A stretch of DNA of 64,000 nucleotides from Syntrophales bacterium (GCA_040767195.1 JAXGPA010000003.1:128001-192000); one strand, 5' to 3'; shown: positions 9,891 through 20,311, counted from the stretch's first letter. The notes: generated from the sequence alone by a model not told the origin. Numbers and translations: made by a program.

Positions 9891-11116
9891 TATTTTCCTG
9901 CCTCCTGGAGGAGAACGATCGGTTCCTTCCCGGGTGTGAAGAAATTGGAGAGGGGAACGAACCGGCCGTCTTCGTGGACCCGGACAATCCGGGCCTTGAA
10001 GGAGCCCTCATGGTTATCCTTCGAGTAGGATACGTCGGGAACCAGGCCGCCCATGGACTCGCCCCGGAAAGATTCCAGGGCCTCGTTGATGGTCTCTCTC
10101 GTGACCTTTCCGGAGCGCTCCGCCGCTCTTTGGACGGCTCTTTCCATGATCATGGCGACAGCCACACCCTCCCAGTAGGAAGCATCGAAGGATTCTATGG
10201 TCTTGTAACGCTTCACGAGTTCTTCAAACACCTTGATCCCCGGGGTCCCGTCGGAGGGAAGCCCGCCGGGGAACTGGATGACGAGGCGGTCACCCAGAAG
10301 CCCCTGCCCCATCCTGAAGAAATCGGGGTCCGTGGACGTCCAGGTGCCCAGGAACTGGGGCCGGTACTCGATCCGGTCGGCGCTCTTGAGGGTGGTGATA
10401 ATCGCCGCCGGCAGCATCTGGAGAACCACGTAGTCGGCGCCGCTTTTCTTGAGCCTCAGAAGTTCCGTGGTGAGGTCCACCGTCTTGGCGGGAAACTCCT
10501 CGACGGCCACGATGTCGATCCCGATCTTTTCCGCGTATTCCCGGCTCGGTTTGTGGATGGACCGCCCGTAGGCGTTGTTGTACGTCAGGAGCCCCACCCT
10601 GGCCGGTTCTTTTCCCTGGTGCACCGCCTTGATGTAGTCGAAGATGGCGTAACAGTCAAGCTTGTAGCTCCCGAAGGGCAGATAGATGTAATCGACAGGC
10701 GGTTCGAGAATCTCCCAGCCCGTGGAGAAATTGATCGTGGGAATGCCGTACCGTTGAAGGATCGGCTTCGCCGCCAGGCCTTCGCCGGTGCTCCATGTGG
10801 CCATCATGTCCACGTTTTCCTGGGTGGCGAACTTTCGAACCGCCGCCAGGGCCTCGGGCACCTTGTAGGCCGTATCCACGAGGATCCAGTCGATTCGGCG
10901 GCCCGCGACGCCCCCTTTTACCTCGTTGACATAGGTGAGATAGTCCTGGAATCCCTTGGCGTGATACTGGCCGAAGGTGGAGGCCGGGCCGGTGAGATTG
11001 ATCGCCGCCCCGATCTTCACGGGTTTGGCCTCCTCCGCCCCGGCGGCGACCGCCGACGCGACCAGGAGAATGAGGGAAAGAAGCACGACTCTTTTCATGA
11101 CGTTCCATCCTTTCAT
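9890..11116 (-). CDS. LIV-family periplasmic substrate-binding protein
   Basis: Signal peptide, KIGAAINLTGP, GGVAGR..DTAYK. Confidence 0.88.
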   Translation of the reverse strand: MKGWNVMKRVVLLSLILLVASAVAAGAEEAKPVKIGAAINLTGPASTFGQYHAKGFQDYLTYVNEVKGGVAGRRIDWILVDTAYKVPEALAAVRKFATQENVDMMATWSTGEGLAAKPILQRYGIPTINFSTGWEILEPPVDYIYLPFGSYKLDCYAIFDYIKAVHQGKEPARVGLLTYNNAYGRSIHKPSREYAEKIGIDIVAVEEFPAKTVDLTTELLRLKKSGADYVVLQMLPAAIITTLKSADRIEYRPQFLGTWTSTDPDFFRMGQGLLGDRLVIQFPGGLPSDGTPGIKVFEELVKRYKTIESFDASYWEGVAVAMIMERAVQRAAERSGKVTRETINEALESFRGESMGGLVPDVSYSKDNHEGSFKARIVRVHEDGRFVPLSNFFTPGKEPIVLLQEAGK

Positions 11117-11137
11117 GACTGTCCTCCTTCGTTGATG

Positions 11138-11167
11138 AAAAAAGCCGTGGGGCTGGCCACGGCTTTT
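11138..11167 (-). terminator. Second hairpin/U-tract in ABC operon leader
   Basis: Minus strand AAAAGCCGTGG-CCAGCC-CCACGGCTTTTTT. Confidence 0.65.
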
Positions 11168-11207
11168 AAAAATAAAAACCGCGGGCGGCTTGGGGTCCGC
11201 CCGCGGC
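11168..11207 (-). terminator. Attenuator-type intrinsic terminator
   Basis: Minus strand GCCGCGGGCGG-loop-CCGCCCGCGGT followed by TTTTATTTT. Confidence 0.75.
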
Positions 11208-11238
11208 TCTCGATTCCTTTTACGGGACTACGAGCCTG

Positions 11239-11304
11239 TCAGGCAGACCTCCTTCTAAAGCTGAAAAAAAAGCAAAAGATGCCAGACAGTCTCGAACGTT
11301 TCAT
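11239..11304 (-). promoter_or_regulatory. Phe-rich leader peptide MKRSRLSGIFCFFFSFRRRSA* (candidate attenuator peptide)
   Basis: 21-aa ORF with 5 Phe in 7 consecutive codons, upstream AAGGGAG, terminator stem ~30 nt after stop. Confidence 0.72.
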
Positions 11305-11394
11305 GTGAGATGACTCACTCCCTTTTATGGTTTCTCCCCTATCGGAAGAAAGAGGAAATGTCAACGGAAAAATGACATTCCCCCGCCGGCGGCG

Positions 11395-12267
11395 CTATTT
11401 TCCCGCTTTTCCCGTTTTGCTGCCGAGGTGCCGGAAGAAGGCGTCCTCCGGGCTGACCACCAGGGTGGTGTCCGTTTTCATGGATTTCCGGTAGGCTTCC
11501 AGGCTCCGGATGAATTCGTAAAACTCCGGTTCCTGCCCGTAGGCTTCGGCGTAGATCCGGATCGACTCGCTGTCGCCCTCCCCTTTCATCTTCTCCGCCT
11601 CTTCATAGGCCTTCGCGAGAATGATTTCCCGGTCCCGGTCGGCGGCGGCCTTGATCTTCAGGGACTCTTCCTCTCCCTCGGACCGATACTGCTTGGCCTG
11701 CCGTTCCCGTTCCGCCCGCATCCGCTCGAAAACGGACTTTTCGTTCTGTTCCGGCAGGTCGGCCCGCTTGATCCGGACATCCACCACGTCGATACCGTAG
11801 CTCTTGGCCAGCTCATCGGATTTTTTCGTCACGATGGTCATGATGTCGTTTCGGGTCGTGGAAACGATGTCTTCCATGGTATGCCGGCCCAGTTCCACCC
11901 GGAGCTGGGCGTAGACGATGTCGTCGAGCCGAAGCTGGGCCCCCGTTTCGTTCCGCACCGTCTTGTAGAAAGTAAGAGGCTCCCGGATCCGCCACTTGGC
12001 GTAGTTGTCCACCAGGAGGTTCTTCTTGTCCTTGGTCAGGATTTCCGTCGGTTCCGCGTCGTAAAGAAGGATTCGCTTCTCGAACCTGATGACCTCCTGG
12101 ATGATGGGGATCTTGAAATGGATGCCCGGTCCGTAGGTCCCTTCCAGGGGTTTCCCGAGCTGGATGACGATGGCCTGCTCGGTCTGGTCGACGGTGAAGA
12201 GCGACTGGGAGAGGACGAGGGCCCCGATAAAAAGCAGAACGGTTATGAAAAACGACTTTCCTTTCAT
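11395..12267 (-). CDS. hflC: FtsH modulator HflC
   Basis: SPFH domain, RMRAERER, FYEFIRSLEAY. Confidence 0.93.
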   Translation of the reverse strand: MKGKSFFITVLLFIGALVLSQSLFTVDQTEQAIVIQLGKPLEGTYGPGIHFKIPIIQEVIRFEKRILLYDAEPTEILTKDKKNLLVDNYAKWRIREPLTFYKTVRNETGAQLRLDDIVYAQLRVELGRHTMEDIVSTTRNDIMTIVTKKSDELAKSYGIDVVDVRIKRADLPEQNEKSVFERMRAERERQAKQYRSEGEEESLKIKAAADRDREIILAKAYEEAEKMKGEGDSESIRIYAEAYGQEPEFYEFIRSLEAYRKSMKTDTTLVVSPEDAFFRHLGSKTGKAGK

Positions 12268-12277
12268 GGGGTCCTCC

Positions 12278-13324
12278 TTACGGTTTTTCCGGCGCCTTCG
12301 GATTGACGAGAGGCACGTGGGGTAAAATGTTCCGTCCCAGGCCGGGGTCCATGACGATCTTGTTGATCCCCGGGAGGATCTCCTCCATGGTTTCGATATA
12401 GAGCCGTTTCCGCGTCACGTCCCGGGCCTGCCGGTACTCGGCGAGCATCTGGGTAAAACGGCTGGCGTCCCCGTTGGCCCGGATGATCTTAGCCTGCTTG
12501 TACGCCATGGCCTCATTCACGATCTGGGAGGCCCTTCCCTTGGCCCGGGGAATCAGCTCATTCTGATATCCCTGGGCCTCGTTGATCATCCTGGCCCTGT
12601 CTTCCTTGGCGCTGGCCACGTCCTTGAAGGCCGCCATGACCTGGTCCGGGGGGTGGACGTCCTGAAGCTGCACGGCCACCACCTGGATTCCCGATTCATA
12701 GCCGTCGAGAATTCTCTGGAGACTTACTTTCGTGTCCTGCTGAATCTTGAACTTTTCCGTCGTCAGGATATCGTCGATGTCGTTCTCCCCCACGGTTTCC
12801 CGCATGGCCGCTTCGGCGGCGTCCTTGACGGTTACGTCGGGAAATTTCACGTTGAACAGGAATTTCATGGCATCATTGATCTTGTATTGGACAATGAAGC
12901 CGAGGTTAACGATGTTCTCCCCCTTGGTGAGCATAAGGCTCTCGTCGGGAACGACCCGGCTTCTGCCCGTGGCGCCCTCCCCGATGGTCCTGAAACCGAT
13001 TTCGTATCGCCTCACCTGGGTCACTTTCGGTTTCAGAACCGTTTCGATGGGATAAGGGGCGTGATAGTGAGGCCCCGGAAGGGTGGTCCGAACGGCCTCG
13101 CCGAAGCGCTTGACCACGCCGACTTCATCGGGGGCGACGAAATAAATCCCCGAAAGAAGCCACAGAATGACGATGATGGCGAGGAGCGCCGGAAAGGCGC
13201 CGAATTTCCCCGCCAGGGGCAGGCTGTGAATGGGAAAAGCCTGTTTCAGCTTCCTCAATGTTTCCTCGATATCGGGACGGTTCCGCCCGCCCCAGGGGTT
13301 TCCTTGATCTCCATGCCATGCCAT
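12278..13324 (-). CDS. hflK: FtsH modulator HflK
   Basis: MAW..NPWG start, SPFH domain, VTRKRLYIETME. Confidence 0.93.
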   Translation of the reverse strand: MAWHGDQGNPWGGRNRPDIEETLRKLKQAFPIHSLPLAGKFGAFPALLAIIVILWLLSGIYFVAPDEVGVVKRFGEAVRTTLPGPHYHAPYPIETVLKPKVTQVRRYEIGFRTIGEGATGRSRVVPDESLMLTKGENIVNLGFIVQYKINDAMKFLFNVKFPDVTVKDAAEAAMRETVGENDIDDILTTEKFKIQQDTKVSLQRILDGYESGIQVVAVQLQDVHPPDQVMAAFKDVASAKEDRARMINEAQGYQNELIPRAKGRASQIVNEAMAYKQAKIIRANGDASRFTQMLAEYRQARDVTRKRLYIETMEEILPGINKIVMDPGLGRNILPHVPLVNPKAPEKP

Positions 13325-13576
13325 GGCTTTTTTCCTCCGGAAGATTTCTAATTGTCGCCTGTCGCCTTGTGAAACGGCGAGAGGTAAGGCGTTTCGTAAC
13401 ACGGGCGCCCCGCCGTGTCAATGCACCCTGTCTGCGACCTTGAAAAAACGACGGGATCATGCTATTTTCATGACGATTCTGAAGATATCTCCCCGACAGT
13501 TTACGGCACGCCGCTTCCATGAACGGCAGGGGACTGGACGGCCGTTCCTGTCCGCCAGAAAGAGAGGGGTTCCGTC

Positions 13577-14947
13577 ATGTTCAACATATCCCAGAAGCAT
13601 ACCAGGGTTACCACGTTCTACGTTCTGTCCCGGGAAACGAAGGACCTCGCGCCGAAACTCAAACTGAGTTCCCGGCGGAAGAAGACGGTCCTCGTCATAC
13701 CGACCCTGGCGACGGAATTCACCCTGGAGGAAAATCGCCCTGTTTTTCTGAATATCCTCAAGCACATCAGCCGCTTGACCTATCTTTCCAACATCATATT
13801 CGGCCTTGACAGGGCCACCGACCAAGAGGCCCTGGAACTCGCCATCCTGTGCAAACGCCACGGTATCCGCAATTTTGTCATCCAGCACAACGAGGGCGCG
13901 GACTTCCGGCGGCTTTATGACCAACTGAACGAAGCGGGCTTCGATCTGACCCTTCCCGGGAAAGGCAAGAACATGTTCATGTCCTTCGGCGTGGCCCAGG
14001 CGCTGGGGGCCCGGTGTGTCGGCGTGGTCGACGCCGACATCCGGACCTTTCACCGCCGCCAGGTGGACCGCCTCTTCTATCCCGTTCTGGCCCTGGATTA
14101 CCAGTTTTCAAAGGCTTTTTACGCCAGGATCGGGGACAATCGCATGTACGGCCGTGTCAAGCGCCTCCTGGTGGACCCTCTGCTGCTCGCCTTCAAGCGA
14201 AAATTCTCCGAATCAGGAGAGGAAAAGTTTCTCCGGATCATCGACTACCTGCTCATGTTCAACTACCAGCTCTCCGGCGAGGTGGCCTTCGACATCGGGC
14301 TTCTCAAGAAGATGCATTTCGCCATGAACTGGGGCGTGGAGATCTTCACGCTCATCGAGGTTTTCAGAAAAGCGAGCAGCATCGCCCAGATCCAGTTTTC
14401 CACACACCCCTTCGATCACAAGCACCAGAGCGTGTCCATGGACGACAAGGACAAGGGGCTCCACAAGATGGCCATCGACATCGTGACCACCATTCTGTCC
14501 GCCCTGGTTATCGAGGAAGGCCTCGAGATATCCGACTATTTCATGCAGGACCTGACGCTCACCTATATGAACGTGGCCGATGAACTGATCAAGAAATACG
14601 CCGACAACTCCTCCTTTTCAGACCTTCACTACGACCGGAACGCCGAGGAGGCCATCGTGCGGCGGATATTCAAGGACGCCATCCTGGCGGCGGGGGATTA
14701 CCTGACGACCCCCCAGCGGTCGACGGAACGGTTTCTCCGGGTGCTGTCGAGCCACGAGCGGTTCCGGAAATACCTGGAGGCGGGAATATCCGAGGATCTC
14801 ATAGCCTACGAGAAGGAAAACCGGACCCAGCTTTTTGAAACGCCCCAGACCGTTTCCTGGGAACGGATCATCATGAAACTTCCGAGAATCCTATACGATA
14901 TCGGCGATGTGGTGGAAAAGCAGAGATCCTTCTACGCCAAGGCCTGA
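13577..14947 (+). CDS. Glucosyl/mannosyl-3-phosphoglycerate synthase-like glycosyltransferase
   Basis: GKGKN, DADI, KAFYAR...GRVKRL, YQLSGE, WGVEI, DHKHQ motifs. Confidence 0.7.
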   Translation: MFNISQKHTRVTTFYVLSRETKDLAPKLKLSSRRKKTVLVIPTLATEFTLEENRPVFLNILKHISRLTYLSNIIFGLDRATDQEALELAILCKRHGIRNFVIQHNEGADFRRLYDQLNEAGFDLTLPGKGKNMFMSFGVAQALGARCVGVVDADIRTFHRRQVDRLFYPVLALDYQFSKAFYARIGDNRMYGRVKRLLVDPLLLAFKRKFSESGEEKFLRIIDYLLMFNYQLSGEVAFDIGLLKKMHFAMNWGVEIFTLIEVFRKASSIAQIQFSTHPFDHKHQSVSMDDKDKGLHKMAIDIVTTILSALVIEEGLEISDYFMQDLTLTYMNVADELIKKYADNSSFSDLHYDRNAEEAIVRRIFKDAILAAGDYLTTPQRSTERFLRVLSSHERFRKYLEAGISEDLIAYEKENRTQLFETPQTVSWERIIMKLPRILYDIGDVVEKQRSFYAKA

Positions 14948-15089
14948 CAGCCCCGCGAAAAAGCCCCGACCGGTGCGCCGCCCCCTGCGGGCCGTCATGG
15001 CGGCACAACGCCGTGCTTCCTTCTCGCATTTCTGAAACCGGTCGCCTTGTCTCCGGCGGTTTTTTCAAGCCGCCCGCCAGGGTCTCCTT

Positions 15090-16418
15090 TCAGGGGACGA
15101 TGACGATTCGGAGGTCCATGACGTTCGTCATCGTCGGTCCCGTTTTCACGAGATCCCCCAAGGCCTCGAAGAAATGATAGGAATCATTGTCTGCCAGGTA
15201 CCTTGCCGCTGAAAGGCCCTGCTCTTCCGCCCGGGCCAGGGTTTTTCCGTCTGCCACGGCGCCGGCGGCGTCGGTGGGGCCGTCGGTCCCGTCGGTCCCG
15301 GCGCTGAAAACGACAACCTGGGGAAGCCCGCCGATTTCCATCGCCGCCGCCAGGACGAATTCCGTGTTCCTGCCGCCCAGGCCTTTTCCGCGGAGGGTCA
15401 CCGTGGTTTCGCCGCCTGAAATGACACACCCGGGTCGGCTCACGGGCTGGCCCGTTTTCAGGATTTCCTTGCCGATGGCGGCGTGAACCCGGGCCACATC
15501 CCGTGTCTCACCTTCGATCATGGACGACAGGACAAGGGTGTTGTAACCCCTGCGGCGGGCCTCCTCCCTCGCTGCGGTCAAGGACATGCCCGCGCTCCCC
15601 ACGATGACGGCCTGGGTCTTCTCGAAAACCGGGTCTCCCGCCTTGGGCGTTTCGGCCTCGTCGCCCCTGGTACCCCTCCTGAAACGAGCCAGGACGCTTT
15701 CGGGGACCCGTTCCTTCAGGTTGTATTTATCCAGGATCTCGAGGCACTCCCGGAAGGTCGAACGGTCCGGTACGGTGGGGCCGGAGGCGATAGTGTCCAG
15801 ATCGTCGCCGATGACATCGGAGAGGATGAGAGAAACGAGGGTTCCCGGCCAGACGGCTTTCGCCAGGCCACCCCCCTTGATGGCCGACAGGTGTTTTCGT
15901 ATGGCGTTGATTTCGTGTATCGTCGCGCCGCTGGCGAGAAGCTCCCGGGTGGTGGCCTGTTTTTCCGGGAGCGTGATGCCCGGGGCCGGCAGGGGAAGAA
16001 GCGCCGACCCACCGCCGGACAGAAGGCAGAAAACGAGGTCTTCCTCCGTCACGTCTTCCAGGAGGGACAGGATGTCCCGGGCCCCCTTCTCCCCTGCCTC
16101 GTCGGGAACGGGATGGGCGGCCTCCCGGAGCTGTACGGTTTCGAGGGGCATGTCATGGCCGTATTTGGTGACGACGAGTCCCTTGGCGATGCGGGAACCG
16201 AACCGGTCCTCGAGGGCACGGGCCATGGGGGAGGCGGCCTTGCCGCCCCCGATGACGAGGATGCGCCTGTAGCGCCCGGCGTCGTAAGACCTTTCGGCTA
16301 CCGTAATGCGGTTCTCTTTCACCTGAAGGGTTCTTTCCACGGCGGCGAACGGGTCGGCCGCCTTCAGTCCCTCTTGAAAGATGGCCAGGGCGTCTTTTCG
16401 TGGATCTTTCATGGTCAC
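15090..16418 (-). CDS. Glycerate 2-kinase (MOFRL family)
   Basis: GGGKAA, SGGGSAL, GGETTV, GGRNTE, GTDGTDG, TMTNVMD. Confidence 0.9.
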   Translation of the reverse strand: MTMKDPRKDALAIFQEGLKAADPFAAVERTLQVKENRITVAERSYDAGRYRRILVIGGGKAASPMARALEDRFGSRIAKGLVVTKYGHDMPLETVQLREAAHPVPDEAGEKGARDILSLLEDVTEEDLVFCLLSGGGSALLPLPAPGITLPEKQATTRELLASGATIHEINAIRKHLSAIKGGGLAKAVWPGTLVSLILSDVIGDDLDTIASGPTVPDRSTFRECLEILDKYNLKERVPESVLARFRRGTRGDEAETPKAGDPVFEKTQAVIVGSAGMSLTAAREEARRRGYNTLVLSSMIEGETRDVARVHAAIGKEILKTGQPVSRPGCVISGGETTVTLRGKGLGGRNTEFVLAAAMEIGGLPQVVVFSAGTDGTDGPTDAAGAVADGKTLARAEEQGLSAARYLADNDSYHFFEALGDLVKTGPTMTNVMDLRIVIVP

Positions 16419-16442
16419 CCTCCTCCGTCTTCGGCGCCCGGC

Positions 16443-16805
<363 letters not shown>

Positions 16806-16875
16806 TTATTTAAGTCAGGTTTGCAAAGCCCCACCGGGCGCATCACCGTTAAGGGAAGCGAGAAAATTTGTCCCC

Positions 16876-17358
16876 ATGAAACGTAGAGGCAACCCCAAGG
16901 ATCCTCTCCTTCCCGTCGGTGAGGTTCTCCGCAAGTGGTTCAACAAGCGAAAATTCAGGGTCCACTTCCTGGACCGGGCCGTTGTCGACGGGTGGAAGAA
17001 GGCCGTCGGCCCCCAGATCTCCGGCAACACCCGCCCTTTCATGCTAAAAGATCGCGTCCTCTTTGTAAAGGTGTCCAGTTCCGTCTGGATGCATCAGCTC
17101 CAGTTCATGAAAGGCGACATTGTTGAAAAGCTGAACGAGCGCCTCGGGGGAAAAACGCCCGTCGTAAATCTTTTCTTTTCAATCGACACTTTCGATAAGC
17201 CCGTTGAAAAGGTTTCCCGCCCCCATCCTCTCTCGGACAGGGACCGGAAATGGATCGACTCCCAGGTGTCCGGCCTTCGCGACGAGGAACTCAGAGAAAT
17301 CCTGAAAAAAACAATGGCCAGGTCGCTTACGTCGGGCAAGGAACGGAACAGGCGCTGA
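16876..17358 (+). CDS. DUF721/DciA family protein
   Basis: WKKAVGPQI...LFVKVSSSVWMHQLQF pattern. Confidence 0.75.
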   Translation: MKRRGNPKDPLLPVGEVLRKWFNKRKFRVHFLDRAVVDGWKKAVGPQISGNTRPFMLKDRVLFVKVSSSVWMHQLQFMKGDIVEKLNERLGGKTPVVNLFFSIDTFDKPVEKVSRPHPLSDRDRKWIDSQVSGLRDEELREILKKTMARSLTSGKERNRR

Positions 17359-18085
17359 TGTTCCTGAAAAGGGCTTCCGCCTCCGGGGAGTAGCGGCCGT
17401 CGTCGCCGTAAAGGAAAAGCGGGGGCAGGATTTTCAGTTCCTCTCCCCCGTTTTTGACCCCCCGGGCCAGGATGAGGTCCCCCCGGGAGCCTTTTCGCGA
17501 ATGAACCACCCGGACGGTCTTGGGTTCCAGGGCTGTTTCCCGCATGCGGTGAAAAAGCTCCACCGCCCGGGCGGCGGGATAGACGAGATAAACATCGCCG
17601 CCGTCCTTGAGTCCCTTGAAAGCGGCTTGAAGAAACAGGGCCAGGGACCCGCGGACTTCATGGCGGGCCACCGTTTTTTCCGGGCTTGCATTGGTCCGGC
17701 CCGTCCTGTTTTTGCGATAGGGTGGGTTGAAAACGACGACATCGAAATGCCGGGGGGAGAAAAGCGTTTCCATGTCAGCGGCGTCTCCCGTGAGAATCCG
17801 GACGGTGTTCCCGAGGCCGTTCAGAACCACGGTACGACGGGCCATGTCGGCCAGGGTTTCCTGGATTTCAATCCCAACGATTTCCCTGGGTTGAAAACGG
17901 ACGGCGAGGAGGACGCTTAGGATGCCGCTTCCCGTTCCCAGGTCGAGGACCCGGTCCTTTTTCCGCAGGTTGACAAATCCGGCGAGGAGAAGGGAGTCGA
18001 CGGAAAAGCGGTATCCCCGGGCTTTCTGAAGGACGGTCAGTTTCCCGCCGCACAGGATGTCGGCCGTTTCATCGTCGTTAATCAT
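17327..18085 (-). CDS. tRNA1(Val) adenine-N6-methyltransferase-like
   Basis: GYRFSVDSLLL, LDLGTGSG, NPPY, ARHE. Confidence 0.82.
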   Translation of the reverse strand: MINDDETADILCGGKLTVLQKARGYRFSVDSLLLAGFVNLRKKDRVLDLGTGSGILSVLLAVRFQPREIVGIEIQETLADMARRTVVLNGLGNTVRILTGDAADMETLFSPRHFDVVVFNPPYRKNRTGRTNASPEKTVARHEVRGSLALFLQAAFKGLKDGGDVYLVYPAARAVELFHRMRETALEPKTVRVVHSRKGSRGDLILARGVKNGGEELKILPPLFLYGDDGRYSPEAEALFRNISACSVPCPT

Positions 18086-18092
18086 GTCTTTC

Positions 18093-18222
18093 GGGGTCGG
18101 ACCAAGTTATCCTACTGATATCTAATAATAATCGCTCAAAAAAGAGGCGTTTTTAAGCCTTAGAACGGCTATTTCAAGTGTAAAATTGACCCTCTAAAGT
18201 AAACCTGCACGGCATTCACTAC
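18093..18222 (-). mobile_element. Truncated MITE-like derivative (left end) of RAYT-like element
   Basis: GGGGTCGGACCAAGTTATCC...GCCTTAG at +64; closely aligns with 21922-22050. Confidence 0.85.
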
Positions 18223-18231
18223 CCCCCCTCT

Positions 18232-19572
18232 TCATTCGACAACCCGGGCGATTTGGTCCCTGACCGGTATGTTTTCCGAGTGAAGACCGGGGGTCTGCCC
18301 GTGCAGATCGAATTTCAGGTTGACCCCCGGCCTGAAAACGAGGCAGTGAGTTGACCCGCCAAAGTGGAACATTCCCAGCTGATCCCCTTTTTTCACGTGC
18401 TGTCCCTCGCGGACGGTGATTTCATTGGACGACACTTCGGCCATGCCGACAAAGACGGCGCACATGAGACCGATGGCCGGATTGTCGGCTTCGATGAAGA
18501 TTAGTGCCCGCGACGCCACCTGGGTGATGTAACCCTGAGAATCGTTAGGACCCGCCGGGTCGAACCCTTCGGACAGGGCTTCGGCATAATAGGAGCCATC
18601 GATCACGCGGGTCTTGACAATCTTTCCGCTGACGGGACTGTGCCATCGGTGATAGCTCAAGGCACTCAGAAACGCCTGATAAACCGTGCCGCCCGCAAAC
18701 TGCCCGGCGAGAGGGTCCATCGCCATCATATGCTGCAGCGAATACGGTTGTGCCTTTATCCAGAACCGGTCAAGGAGCTTTACGTTTCTGGCGATCCTGT
18801 AAGGGGCGGACTCACAGGCGTTCGCTATGACCGAATTGTCATCGGGACTTGCCACCGGGCGGCGGCCCGCCCGGAAGGTCCTCGTGAAAAAATCATCCCA
18901 GGAGGAAAACCCGTGGTAGGGCAAGGAGGGATCACAAACAAAATCCTCCACGAAAGATGGCATCGCCGCCCTGGCGTCCCTTCCGAACCACCCGCTTTCG
19001 GGATCATCGTTCAACACGTAGCGGGATTCGGGAGAACCCAGGAAGCGGGCCCACTGGTTGAGAATTTTTTTCAACTGGCGGTTAACTTTTTCATTCAGGA
19101 AAACGGACGTCCCCGCGGGGGTGCCCATGGGCCAGGCGAGAATGGCGTTGATGGGGAACCCGACGAGGCCTGTTTTGTTGAATGCGGGGGACATGGTCAA
19201 AATCCGGCTCATGACCTGAAGCATCTGGTCGTAGTTCCGGAGCCGGAGGTTTCCCGTGGGGTCTTTCCTGAAGGACGCGCTGTCGGGGACCTGCTCGAAC
19301 ATCTGGTTGAAGAGCATGTACAGTTGCGGGTCTTCTTCAATCAACACCTTGAATTCCTGAATGACGGGCGCCAGGGGTTCATCCACCGATTTGTTGCCCG
19401 CGATCAGGTTTTCCATCCACTGATCAAAAAAAGCCTGATCCGACGGCAGCCACTTCCCGGCGAAATAAGGCGCCGGCTTTTCGGGGGATCCGGCGACGCC
19501 TTCCTGTCCGGAAAAAAGGCTGAAGAAAGCCAGTGTCAACAGGGAAATGAAGATGAAGACTCGTTTTGTCAT
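18232..19572 (-). CDS. Exported phosphatidylserine decarboxylase-related pyruvoyl decarboxylase (PsiD-like group)
   Basis: FFTR, YHRWHSP, GMFHFGGST self-cleavage motif, GFPINAIL; signal peptide from MTKRVF. Confidence 0.8.
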   Translation of the reverse strand: MTKRVFIFISLLTLAFFSLFSGQEGVAGSPEKPAPYFAGKWLPSDQAFFDQWMENLIAGNKSVDEPLAPVIQEFKVLIEEDPQLYMLFNQMFEQVPDSASFRKDPTGNLRLRNYDQMLQVMSRILTMSPAFNKTGLVGFPINAILAWPMGTPAGTSVFLNEKVNRQLKKILNQWARFLGSPESRYVLNDDPESGWFGRDARAAMPSFVEDFVCDPSLPYHGFSSWDDFFTRTFRAGRRPVASPDDNSVIANACESAPYRIARNVKLLDRFWIKAQPYSLQHMMAMDPLAGQFAGGTVYQAFLSALSYHRWHSPVSGKIVKTRVIDGSYYAEALSEGFDPAGPNDSQGYITQVASRALIFIEADNPAIGLMCAVFVGMAEVSSNEITVREGQHVKKGDQLGMFHFGGSTHCLVFRPGVNLKFDLHGQTPGLHSENIPVRDQIARVVE

Positions 19573-19669
19573 GACTTTTTGCTTCTCCACGGTTTCGGTT
19601 TGATGCAGGATTTCTCCCGATAAATTATCAATCGTCATGGTTTCGGGGAGGCAACCCTTCCCCTTTCCG

Positions 19670-20116
19670 CTAATCGTAGGAAAGACGCGTTTCTTCATCG
19701 GCCAGTGTCGGTGCGATGATGTCTTTCCACCGGGGAGCATCCCACGTGCCGAGCCGGTCGTGCATGTCCAGGTATTTTTGAGGTATCGGGTGGGTGCCGT
19801 ACACGACCTCGAGGCCGTATTTCGTTTTTATGAAGTCATGGAAGTAGGCTAAGTGCGGGCATGGGGGGTAGCCGACCACGAGCCCCGTGGCGAAGTGTAT
19901 GACCTCCGCCCCGTTTCTTTTCATCTCATCCACCGCATATTCGATATTGCCGCCGGGGCACCCGTCGCAGCTGGTGTAACCGACAACCTCGACTTCCGTG
20001 TTCCCGTAGCGGCTGAAAGCCCCTTCCCTGTTGCGCAGTGACCTGAAGCATTTCCCACCTGCGCACCGGCGGTAACGGTCGCAGATGATGATCCCGATCT
20101 TCGTTTTCTCTTCCAT
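19670..20116 (-). CDS. CGGC-domain metal-binding protein
   Basis: IIICDRY..CAGGKC, SCDGCPG, YGTH. Confidence 0.8.
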   Translation of the reverse strand: MEEKTKIGIIICDRYRRCAGGKCFRSLRNREGAFSRYGNTEVEVVGYTSCDGCPGGNIEYAVDEMKRNGAEVIHFATGLVVGYPPCPHLAYFHDFIKTKYGLEVVYGTHPIPQKYLDMHDRLGTWDAPRWKDIIAPTLADEETRLSYD

Positions 20117-20199
20117 CTCGTCTCCTCCGGACATTGGTTTTCGTGGTTCCCTTACGCTGGTCCAAGTTATTGTCACCGAAAGCAGGATTTTAATCAACA

Positions 20200-20288
20200 G
20201 CCTGACGGTACCCCCTTCAGACACGCTGCCGGCGGCCGCCTTCTAGAGAATGATCCCGACTGTCGCCGTCACTGACTTTGTTATAAGC
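20200..20288 (-). other. Degenerate attC-like site
   Basis: Minus strand CTTATAAC...GTCAGGC shortly after hydrolase stop; internal pairing poor. Confidence 0.35.
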
Positions 20289-20311
20289 CGATAAGGTGCT
20301 TTTCCCGGGCT

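Noticed and set aside
18000..18240. tRNA-His 3' duplication (att) marking the far island boundary
   Set aside because: No copy of the tRNA 3' end seen and no integrase; a classical tRNA-integrated island is not demonstrated
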